From Heptranchias perlo (lineage: Eukaryota), in contig NC_090329.1 in NCBI RefSeq assembly GCF_035084215.1, positions 44,516,001 through 44,580,000 of the forward strand: a stretch of DNA of 64,000 nucleotides. Reading direction: 5' to 3'. Position 1 is the stretch's first letter. Each line of letters begins with the position of its first letter. Both the position numbers and the translations under genes were made by a program. This document shows, piece by piece, positions 23,182 to 32,845 of the stretch. The notes under the pieces were generated by a model. The model did not search any database. It worked only from the letters and a program-made list of their open reading frames with translations, and had not been told where the DNA came from.

Positions 23182-24275
23182 GAGTTCGGATGAAAGGTCA
23201 TTGGCCTGAAACATTGGGCCCGATGTTACCAGGGCTGCGGGTTCTCGGCAGGGAGGGGGCTATCGGGCACGTGGGTAACGCGCCCGGTGAAATTAGTCAG
23301 TTTCCCGCGCGATTGTAGGATCCAATCCACTAATTGGATCCACTTACCTGCTCCTCCGGGTTCCCCACTGCTGATCTGCGCGTCGGGCGGGCTGCACATG
23401 CGCAGTAAGGTCTGTCAGCTGGAGGCACTCTATTTAAAGTGGCAGTCCTCCACTGACAGATGCTGCAACAAATAGCAAAAATTACAGCATGGAGCAGCCC
23501 AGGGGGAAGGCTGCTCCCAGTTTAATGATGCCTCACTCCAGGTATCAATACATGGGGTGAGGAGGAGGGGGAGGACAGAGATCTTCCTCCCGGCGTGTGG
23601 GAGGAAGCGGCCTGCCTCTGCCACCAGGAAAGCCTGGCTCGAGGTGGCAGAGGAGGTCACCAGCGCAACCAACATATCGCCCACCTGCATACAGTGCAGG
23701 AGGCGCTCCAATGACCTCAGTAGGTCAGCCAAAGTGAGTACACGTAGTCTTTCCCCTACACTCCGTCTGCCACATCACTGCCCCCACCCCACATCTCCTT
23801 CAGCACTGCCAACACAACTCTAGTCACATCACCCCTCATACCCACTCAAACCTCATCCTCATCTTACCTGCACCTACTCACCTCGTGAGTACTCATCCCG
23901 CCACTACCACTCAACCCAATCCTCATACAATCTCATGGCTCTCTCTCATACTCACCCTCTCGTGCATCTCTTTCACGGCCAGCCTCACTCAACCTGCCAC
24001 TACCTGTGCTGCAGCCACAGGGCATGCATCACATATGTGCAGTAGGCAGCGTAAGGCAAACGTGTCGTGAGCATGAAGGGGATGCACAAGGGTGTCTGAG
24101 GGTTTGTCATGGGTGTTACTTGAGCCCCCCCCCTGCCAGCAACGCACCCGATAGCGGGTGCTAAAATGACGCCCATTAACTCTGTTTCTCTTTCCACAGA
24201 TGCTGCCTGACCTACTGAGTGTTTTCAGCATTTTGTTTTTATTTCAGCTTTCCAGCATCCGCAGTATTTTGCTTT
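23182..24275 (+). mobile_element. Penelope-type 3' end with a degenerate hammerhead motif, split by a Harbinger insertion
   Basis: gagtt-cggatga-a-aggtca-t-tggcct-gaaac-att[insertion]att-aactc, then tgtttctctttccacagatgctgcctgacc. A related copy lies at about 54.7 kb. Confidence 0.7.
23216..24174 (+). mobile_element. Non-autonomous PIF/Harbinger element with a disrupted Myb/SANT-like ORF (23489-23733)
   Basis: Imperfect TIRs gggcccgatgttacca / tgctaaaatgacgccc; ATT on both sides; peptide ...ATRKAWLEVAEEVTS...TCIQCRRRSNDL..AK|gtgagt, with a frameshift near the start. Confidence 0.85.
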
Positions 24276-24388
24276 AGTTTTTTTTTCTGTTTGGCTCAGC
24301 CTATACACTTTGGGTGGTGGGTGAACAACCGATGAAAAGATATAAAATGCCCTACGTGCCAACACAATGCTGCTATTCTTTCATTTAC

Positions 24389-24479
24389 CAAAATGGTTTG
24401 CAGCTCAATGCACCAGAGCAGCTTTTGTGTCATCAAGGTTAAACATTCTGTTGAGGAAGCTGGATCAAGATGGCCCTTT
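24389..24479 (-). pseudogene. Candidate pseudo-exon, 91 nt
   Basis: ctttttctgttctcag|AAAGGG...TTTTG|gtaaat. Phase 0-1 reading KGPS*SSFLNRMFNLDDTKAALVH*AANHF fits its neighbours; a different frame is open. Confidence 0.65.
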
Positions 24480-24999
24480 CTGAGAACAGAAAAAGTATGT
24501 GTACTGATCGAGCAAAATGCCAGGATTCAGAGAGTCACCCAGCCAGGTCCACTCCACCAATATGAAAATATTTGCTCGCTATTTATCATGCTCAGTTTTT
24601 CAAAAGGTGTTCAAGCTCCACATGAGGATTATAAAAAATATTTGGTTTACAACATTCTCACTCAGTGCTAAATTAAATTTGGCATCCAAAGGACTTCTTA
24701 AAATTCCACAAATTATTTTGTGCCAATATTTAGTTTTACAGTAGCTCAGCTATTTATGTCCAGAGATGGGATGAATTCCAATGTCAGTTTGCTTGGGGAT
24801 AGCTAACCATATTGCAGGATTAGGTGAACAAAATAAAGCTCCATACTGTGCAGAAGTGCATTTTGAGGATTCCAACTTAACAGCTTCAGCACTACATCCC
24901 CTGTGTGAGGCCATTCCACCACCTTAGTAACATAGCTTCAAAACACTGCACAATAACAAAAGAAAAGGCTGTACAGATTATCCCCCGCCTCTCCTGTAA

Positions 25000-25610
25000 A
25001 TGCTAACTCATGATGAGGTATACTTTCACAGGTGCTGGCAGCCCTCCGATACCTCATTCAAGTGGCTATTCTTCAGGTGTAAGGCTTATGTCAGTACTGG
25101 TAGGATTTTTGACCCCCTTGGGGGTGATCAACAACAACTTGCATTTATATAGCACCTTTAACATAGTAAAACGTCCAAATGCGCTTCTAGGAACATTATC
25201 AGACAAAATTTGACACCGAGCAACAGAGAGAGATATTAGGTCAGGTGACCAAAAGCTTGGTCAAAGAGGTAGGTTTTAAGGAGTGTCTTAAAGGGAGGAG
25301 AGAGAGATGGAGAGGTGGAGAGGTTTCGGGAGGATCATGAGGAAGGAGGGTACCACGGCCAAGCCTGATCATTTCCCCATCCAGCCTGATCCTGGCCCCA
25401 CCCAGCATTCACATGTGGCCACTTGTTGGCAGGGGGTTATCAGGTGTGAGAACTCTGGCTGCTTTTTCTCCTCACTAGCCCAGAGGTGTTGAGGCCAAAT
25501 GCAGTGTCACTACTGTTCCCCAGCTGTGATCAACTAACTTGGCAGAGAACATGGAACAAACATGGGACATTCCTGGCCTATGGCTCAGCACCACACCAGG
25601 CTGTCTATTT
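25000..25610 (-). mobile_element. LF-SINE-like element interrupted by an L2 3' end (25130-25330)
   Basis: Reverse-complement LF-SINE motifs (caagtggctattctt, ctggctgctttttctcc) flank the L2 tail caacaacaacttgcatttatatagc. Confidence 0.6.
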
Positions 25611-25926
25611 AGCCATCAGGGATGCAGGCTATTCAACTTCAATCTCTGATGTGAAGGATGGTGGAAAGCTCAATTCAGGCACATTGATTCTCAATTGCAA
25701 CAGGGATGTCCAGAAATATAGCCTGTGGGCCATATCCAGTCTGTGAGCCCTAGCAATCCAGCCCACAAGGCCCAGGCAACTCTGTTCTATTTGCTCTTCT
25801 ATTTCTTACTTGCTGGATTGCCCTCTTTGAATATCCTGGGCCTAGAGCTTTGGAAAGGGATGTTTTTAATGCCGTTTAGTCATTGATGAATAAATCCTAA
25901 ATCAGAATTCAAAGATCTGTTATTAC

Positions 25927-26007
25927 CTGCAGCTTCTGATATTTGGAAATTAATAAGAATGTTGATTTAAACAGTGTGTGCGTCTCGGAAGGCTCACCGG
26001 TACACAC
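25927..26007 (-). pseudogene. Candidate exon, 81 nt, phase 0-0, open
   Basis: ttttgcctttgtgcgatgcatag|VCTGEPSETHTLFKSTFLLISKYQKLQ|gtaata. Confidence 0.65.
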
Positions 26008-26354
26008 CTATGCATCGCACAAAGGCAAAAAACGTGGACATATGCTACAGCTCGTCTTTTAATCCAGAAAAACAACTCGTTTCCAAGTAATTTTGAAAAC
26101 TTTTGCTTTAATTCAAATTTAAACTTATATAAAGATGGATGCTGCACACTATCATTAGATAACGACTGATTCTCTAGTGGCTAGCCAGCGTTAACTTATG
26201 CACGTCTTTTTAAATATGTACATTAGGCTTGGAGAATAGACCTTAATTCTTATTTGGTTATAAATGTATGACATACTTTTCAGAACAGCACTGTACATCT
26301 CTTCCCTTGACACAGGAAACATAAGGCAACAATGAACTTGATGCCCCTCTCCCA

Positions 26355-26652
26355 TGTAATAGCTCAGTGGGTAAATGCATCACGTGTGGTACTGAGTCAT
26401 ATGGATGGTAAAGAGTCAGATTAAATCCTTGGGCTGTGGTGAGTTAGGCGATACTGGCTGGGGCACTGGTCAGACACTAAAATCGGCTGGGGGAAAGAGT
26501 TGAGGAAACCAGCCATGGTTCCTGCTCTTTATCGCTGTCCAATGCAAAGGCTGGAAAGTTTGAATGTGTGGAGGTTGGGTGAAGATAGAATTAAACACAC
26601 TTGACTGTGATGTTCTTTATTGTCAGTTAGCCCGCCAACACTCACCATTTAG
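26355..26652 (+). mobile_element. LF-SINE-like tRNA-derived SINE
   Basis: tagctcagtgggtaaatgca head; cagccatggttcctgctc...ctggaaagt...gggtgaagatag...gccaacactcac body. Confidence 0.7.
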
Positions 26653-26688
26653 TCTTGTGCATGAACAATAACCATTTTGACAAGGTAC

Positions 26689-26824
26689 CAGAGGGTTATC
26701 GACACCCATGAAACCATATCCAAGAATGAAATGCCAGTTTGGGAGATGGTGGGGGGGGGGGGGAATGGGGAGGAAATAAAATTGAATCCAGTAGCAATAT
26801 AGCTTCTGCATTGCATAATTTGAC
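26689..26824 (-). pseudogene. Candidate exon, 136 nt, phase 2-0, open
   Basis: ctttagttacttcag|SNYAMQKLYCYWIQFYFLPIPPPPHHLPNWHFILGYGFMGVDNPL|gtacct; bridges the phase-2 and phase-0 neighbours. Confidence 0.55.
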
Positions 26825-27008
26825 CTGAAGTAACTAAAGAAATAGCAGCACTGGTATCTAGGGCATGCAAGTTGTTGACTGTCAAATCCTGCAATTTTCA
26901 CCCGATGGAACAACCTTTCCTGCCAGTTTCTCTATTCAGTGACATTTTAATCAGGAGTCTTTCTTAAAGTGCCAGTGTTGTGTCTCTGTCAGCCCACCTA
27001 AGAGTGAA

Positions 27009-27157
27009 GGAAGTTTCCATCTGGTTACTGTAACAGCTGTTCGCACAGTCAGCACGTACTGTGCTTACCGACACTTGAATTCAAACTCTAAGCAGTGTGT
27101 TAAGCTGTGCTTGCTGACTGCATGAACAATTGTTACAGTAACCAGCTGGGAACTTCC
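27009..27157. repeat. Imperfect 149-bp palindrome (MITE-like hairpin)
   Basis: ggaagtttccatctggttactgtaacagctgttc... pairs with ...gaacaattgttacagtaaccagctgggaacttcc. Confidence 0.9.
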
Positions 27158-27176
27158 TGTGAGAGAGGCAGAATAC

Positions 27177-27353
27177 TTTAAAACATGCTGCTGTTTAAAA
27201 TTGAATTGCAGATGAAGGGAACGACTCAATGGGTGCGCAGGACAAATGTCATCTGCAACTGTCCATGCTTAAAGCCATTTCCCTCAAACTGCCCATGAAT
27301 TTTGTCACACCAAATCACTTGTCTTAATGATACGTAGAAGGGTTAAATGTGCC
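27177..27353 (-). pseudogene. Candidate pseudo-exon, 177 nt, phase 2-2
   Basis: ccattaccctgcag|AHLTLLRIIKTSDLV*QNSWAV*GKWL*AWTVADDICPAHPLSRSLHLQFNFKQQHVL|gtattc. Confidence 0.5.
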
Positions 27354-27834
27354 CTGCAGGGTAATGGACCCCATCAGAATAAAACCACACTCAAAATACT
27401 TTACATTTTTATACATTTTCTACTATACAGTTACTTAAGTTTCTTAGACTTTCATTATTGAAAATACATTAATGCCGAAACCACTCAGACTAGGCAACAA
27501 TAATGACACATTACTTCCCTAAATATTTTTTTTAAAATCTAAATTAATTGTCAGTATTGAACTAATTAATTACTAAAAAGACAGGGCATGGCAAACAGAA
27601 GTTAACGTACTCATAACTGAAGAATCCACTGGGCTACAAAAGCCACATTATTACAAATGCAGCAGCTGATTGTCAGGGTAAGTGCAGAAAGCTAAATAAA
27701 TACATGAAAGTGAACATTGAGCAGCGTTTTTTGCAGCACAGTAAAGTTACTCAGTAGACTTCCTCTGTAGCAGTCACAGACCAACATTTCAGACATTTGT
27801 TCATAAATGTAATTACTTGTTCCGGTGGAATTAC

Positions 27835-27876
27835 CTTTTATCAAGTTGTGCAGCTAAAACAGTCAAACAGTGCCAT
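27835..27876 (-). pseudogene. Candidate exon, 42 nt, phase 2-2, open
   Basis: ttttaacgtcctgcag|WHCLTVLAAQLDK|gtaatt. Confidence 0.55.
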
Positions 27877-29276
27877 CTGCAGGACGTTAAAATATACATA
27901 TAAACCACATGATAGGACAGCATGCATGAGGGGCCCAAAGCGTTCAGCTGTGTCTCACAACAGTCTACTACTCTGACACAAAGTCAATTTTCAAGTACAT
28001 GCTGCTGACGCACTGTCTGCAATTATCTCTCCAATGAAATCAATGGATGGAAAATCGCGGATAGTGCATGCACAACTTCCTGACATGTGCGGCCAGTGGG
28101 CGAGGCTCCTTGCCTGCAGGGTGTACTCAGAAAATCAGCCTCAAGAATTATTTTAAAAGCAATCTCATTGCATATGAATTTTTACAATTTTGTACTCCTG
28201 GGAATTTCAAGTTTAAAAACAGTACCACGACAACAATATGCAATTACATAGCACTCTTTATACGCAAGGAGAGAGCTTCAAGTGCTTTGCAATAAAGGAA
28301 AGTGATATAGTGGACACTGAGCATGGAGAAAGGGAGAGGAGAATGGAGAAGCCAGATTGGGGAAAACAAAGGCATGCTCAAAGATGATGGTTTGAGGACA
28401 ATACCTAAATATGAGAGACTAAATGCTTCTGATGTGATTTTTTCAAAATTTATTATATTTTAGAGCAGCACCAAATGAGGAACAAGATTGCTGGTATCAG
28501 GAGCAAGATGAAGGTGAGCATGTTCCTCACATTTCTTGTGCTTGCCAATCAAACATGGCACAAACCTTTTGCGCGCACTCTTTTATCGTGCCGAATCTGC
28601 ATGGCACATTTTTCTTGAAGGTATAAGTGGAAACTGAGGAGCAGCTGCTATTAGAGGGTTCCTCAGTGGGGTTAGCCACCATGGATACAGAGGATAGCCC
28701 TTTCTTTCTTCCTTAAGAGCTATTCACCAAGTGTTTCTTCTTTTTCAAATAATATGAGCACCATGAAATGCTGCACAACGAAGGCACTATGGCTTCCTTG
28801 ATAATAACCACCAACATGCACGATGATGTTTCTGTGGTCAGCTACCACCTGAACATTGAGTGCAAACCTTTGCTCTTCATGAAGAGCACTGATGCCTAAT
28901 GGGTACCACGTGTGACTCTTTGCACTTGAAGAACCCCTGCCACCCAGTGAAAGTTGTGCACCCTATCCAGTTGAGGCATCCCTCTCATAGGAGAAGTAAC
29001 AAAAGTTTTGCCCCCTGACTAACATAGCAGCTGTCACCTTATTGATATACGTGCGCGCTGTAGACTGCAATGTGGCATGTTTCCTGTGACGGTTTGGAAG
29101 GACCTGGTCACATGAAAGCTTCATGCTGTTCCTGAAGAAGTAAAATGTAGAAGAGCCATCCTGATCCAGGTGTTGTGTGCATTTCATTGTGCAGTTGACG
29201 GCACTGTGCTGCCTTGTAAAGTAGATGTAAGGAGTCGTACAACACCAGGTTATAGTCCAACAGCTTTATTTGAAAT

Positions 29277-29311
29277 CACAAGCTTTCAGAGCTTTTCTCC
29301 TTCGTCAGGTG
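29277..29311 (-). ncRNA. Minimal type-I hammerhead ribozyme motif, core intact
   Basis: Minus strand CAC-CTGACGA-AGGAGAAAAGCTCT-GAAA-GCTT-GTG. Activity is untested. Confidence 0.65.
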
Positions 29312-29461
29312 AGTGCAGGGTTCCATAAAGGCACCGCATCTATAGTCAGAGAACAATCTTTCCAACTGCCCGTTATCACATCTCGGCAGAGAGATAGTCA
29401 CAGGTGTTCAGACAGGGTAGTCAGGGAAACCGTACATCCAAGCATACTGAATGCAGAAGGG

Positions 29462-29522
<61 letters not shown>
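29462..29522 (+). repeat. (GACA)n microsatellite, about 15 units
   Basis: Read directly from the sequence. Confidence 0.97.
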
Positions 29523-29523
<1 letters not shown>

Positions 29524-29916
29524 ACACTGAAAGGCAGAGAGAGAAAGAGAATGACCAGTTGTATTAAAAACATAACTTTTTTTCGCTGGTGGGGTTACAT
29601 GTAGCGTGACATGAACCCAATGTCACGATACATGTAACCCACCAGCGAAAAAAAGTTATCTGTTTTTAATACAACTGGTCATTCTCTCTCTGCCTTTCGG
29701 TTCTCTCTCTCTCTCTCTGTTATCTGACCCCTTGTGTATTCAGTATTCTTGGATGCAAGGTTTCCCTGACTAACCTGTCTGAACACCATCCACTCCTTTG
29801 ATTGCTGTGACTATCTCTCTGCCGAGGTGTGATAATGGGCAGTTGGAAAGATGATCTGTAATCACCAGGCATTGTTCTCTGACTATATATGCTGTGCCTT
29901 TACGGAACCATTCACT

Positions 29917-29951
29917 CACTTGACGAAGGAGAAAAGCTCCGAAAGCTTGTG
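29917..29951 (+). ncRNA. Minimal hammerhead motif with a mutated core
   Basis: CAC-TTGACGA-AGGAGAAAAGCTCC-GAAA-GCTT-GTG; the first C of CUGAnGA is T. Confidence 0.5.
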
Positions 29952-31109
29952 ATTTCAAATAAAGCTGTTGGACTATAACCTGGTGTTGTACGACTCCTTA
30001 CATTTGTCCACCCCAGTCCATCACCGGCATCTCCACATCTTGTAAAGTAGAGGCAATGAAGACAGGTCTCCTCTGACATGTCTGGGTACAGGTCCCATGG
30101 TACTAACAGGTATAGCCAAGATGACTCGACAGTAACTGCACCTGCAGTTGTTGGCCCCTCCACATTTACAAAGCCAGCTGCTTCAGAAAAAAAAGTTAGA
30201 AAATATGAAGCTGATTTTCCTCTGCCCCTGCTCTCAGAGCACCCAGAGAAAATACAAATCCTTTGCTCCCTTTTCTCGATGGTTCTTCCGACCTCTGTAC
30301 CTGAAGAGGGCACAGCAATGTAAATTTCATGTAAATGATTGTCCAGAGGCCTTTGCACTCAGATTTCCTCCAATAGCATCAGGTGCAGTTCAAGGTCAAC
30401 CACTTATAGAAAAGCCTGGCACTACTGATTCCAGGGCTGCTGTTTCAGTGCTATCTGTCTTAAGCAACAGGCTGGTATTGTGAAAAGAGGGTTTTATTTT
30501 TGGCTTTCTGAATATGAAATGGTTTTGCTGCTTCCATGCTTGTTTCAGACATGCCGCTAGTCCTTTACATTTAGAGATGAAGGCCACATTCGGTACTCTG
30601 CCATACCTTTTCTCCCTCCTTTTTGCGATATGGCTTATTTAGAGGCAAATGAGAACAAACAACCACAAAAGCTCCCTTGTCAGCGACTAAAGTTATTCAT
30701 CTAAACCTCTCCTGAGCCATTGTTTCCTTATCACAGAGAAATAATGTCCCTTCCACTCACCTTACAACTGCTCCATGTTAGAGGCCTCATAATCAAACCA
30801 GTACCCTCCTCCCATTCCCACACCACCATTCCTCACACCCATACTTGCTTTTCCTGTTTCTCCGCTTACGACTTGGCACATCGGTGCTCTTACCATATCC
30901 CTAGTAAGACAGATTGCAGAGGCACACAAATTAAAATGACACACTTACTACAATTCATCAAAAGCTGACACTATAAAAGTCCTGCCTCCACTATCTTTTT
31001 TAAAAGAAAGTATCTCATGGGGTTTCTGGTTGACCTGCCCCTTTAACATCGCTGCTGCCTTCAAGACCTAGGCAGCACCAGGACTTCCTCTCAGGATGTG
31101 CAGAGTGGA

Positions 31110-31933
31110 TGAGCAAAAATTTCTTCCAACTAAATATTGGGACGACCGAAACCATTGCCTTCAGTCCCCGCCGCAAACTCCGTTCCCTAGTCACCGACTC
31201 CATCTCTCTCCCTGGCCATTGTCTGAGGCTGAACCAGACCACTCGCAACCTTGGCATCCTATTTGACCCTGAGATGAGCTTCTGACCACATATCCGCTCC
31301 ATCACTAAGACCACCTCCGTAACATCGTCCATCTCCGCTCCTGCCTCAGTTCACCTGCTGCTGAAACCCTCATCCATGCCTTTGTCACCTCTAGACTTGA
31401 CTATTCCAATGATCTCCTGGCCGGTCTCCCATCTTCCACCCTCCATAAACATGAGTTCATCCAAAACTCTGCTGCCTGTATGCTAACGTGCACCAAGTCT
31501 CGTTCACCCATCACCCCTGTGCTCTCAGTCCGGAAATGCCTCAATTTTAAAATTCTCATCCTTGTGTTCAAATCTCTGCATGGTCTCGCCCCTCTGTGAC
31601 CTCTTCCAGCCCTACAATCCTCCGAGATCTCTGCGCTCCTCCAATTCTTGCCTCTTGCACATCCCCAATTTTACATCGCTCCACGCTCCATTGGCGGTCG
31701 TGCCTTCAGTTGCCTAAGCCCTAAAGCTCTGGAATTCCCTCCCTAAACCTCTCCACTTCTAAAGCACTCTCTCCTCCTTTAAATCTACCTCTTTGACCAA
31801 GCTTTTGGTCACCTGTACTAATATGTCCTTATGTGACTCAGTGTCAAATTTTGCTTGAAAATCACTCCTGTGAAGCACCTTGGGACGTTTTACAACATTT
31901 AAGGCGCTATATAAATGCAAGTAGTTGTTGTTG
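31110..31933 (+). mobile_element. L2-clade LINE 3' fragment
   Basis: Encodes L2-like RNLGILFDPE, LIHAFVTSRLDYSN and IQNSAA; tail gctatataaatgcaagtagttgttg. Confidence 0.9.
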
Positions 31934-32774
31934 ACCGATAGAGCATCTGTTGTAGCACTGATGCTCACTCTCTCCTTGGTAATGAGGACCAACAGGAAAT
32001 ACCAGCATCAATTTGTTTCGCAGAGCACTTATAGATCACTGCGCCTGTATTGTTCCAGTATCAGGAAATGAAGATTGGCACTACGTTTTTTGATACATTA
32101 ATAAATGTATTAATCAACAGTACTATATGTAGGAATGAAACCCATAAGGATGCAGAACAGTTTCAGAGACTAGTAACCAATGCATAAACGCAGCCATCGG
32201 TTAATTGTAACGGTAGGGTCCCGAAGACTTTAACACCATATAAAGCCATCTCATTTAGGTTCTATTCCCTTTTTTACATACAAGACCCAATTCTGAACCA
32301 TACCTTATATTTTTTTTCAGTGAAGAAGGCAGCCGGGAACCAGCAAGAATGATGACAGTATATAAGCATACACGCATAAGTGACCACAAACGATGGGCAC
32401 ACATATTGCTCAGAGCGTAAGGCATTAAAAGTGACAGTGATTTACTGCTGCAGATTCAAAACAGTGCTGGTAATCTCGCAAAGACTCTGCAAAAGCTTGC
32501 ATAAAACTACTGCACGTATTGAAGTTGATCAATTGGTTATTCTTGCATAAAATCTTCTACAGGAAATCTTTTTATTCTTCATTTATAATTTAACATACAG
32601 AACAGATCACAATCAGTTAATGCTTCTTTTATTTTCTGTCCACCTATGGAGGTGATAAAAGAGTTTAAAAGACTTTTTGGCAAACGTTTAGGTTAATAAG
32701 TGTTAGTCTAAACTGTTTCCAGCTATCAATGCTACTCGTGCAATGATTTTTAATTTTGTTAAAGCTGCTGAGTT

Positions 32775-32845
32775 ATACCGGCCATCGCCTGCAACGGGCA
32801 AATCGCATTCACAGAACGTGCCCGCTATAAGCGGTGGGGACTGTA
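32775..32845 (-). mobile_element. Possible pogo/Tigger-like terminal inverted repeat, single end
   Basis: Minus strand TA|CAGTCCCCACCGCTTATAGCGGG, CpG-rich. The partner end was not found. Confidence 0.35.

Larger units (their letters stand above)
29226..30038. mobile_element. Penelope-like element remnant forming an inverted fold-back, 13-bp TSD
   Basis: CTTGTAAAGTAGA at 29213-29225 and 30039-30051. Arms 29226-~29612 and ~29619-30003 are reverse complements. PLE terminus aataaagctgttggactataacctggtgttg...tttgtccaccccagtcc. Confidence 0.9.
28600..30130 (-). mobile_element. Degenerate PIF/Harbinger (HARBI1-like) DDE transposase, interrupted by a Penelope insertion
   Basis: With 29226-30038 and one TSD removed: YPDMSEETCLHCLYFTRQ...QSTARTYINKVTAAML...FALNVQVVADHRNIIVHVGGYYQGSHSAFV, resembling HARBI1-family motifs SLNVQxVxD and PGSxHD. 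Contains stops. Confidence 0.8.

Noticed and set aside
23216-23420. CpG island as a CYRIA promoter
   Set aside because: The CpG-rich stretch lies inside a TIR/TSD-bounded Harbinger insertion.
20161-27876. A functional multi-selenocysteine protein
   Set aside because: TAA/TAG stops and frameshifts also occur, no SECIS was identified, and CpG decay is a sufficient explanation.
29270-29604. ORFs with DRQT repeats
   Set aside because: These are translations of the (GACA)n microsatellite inside the Penelope arm.
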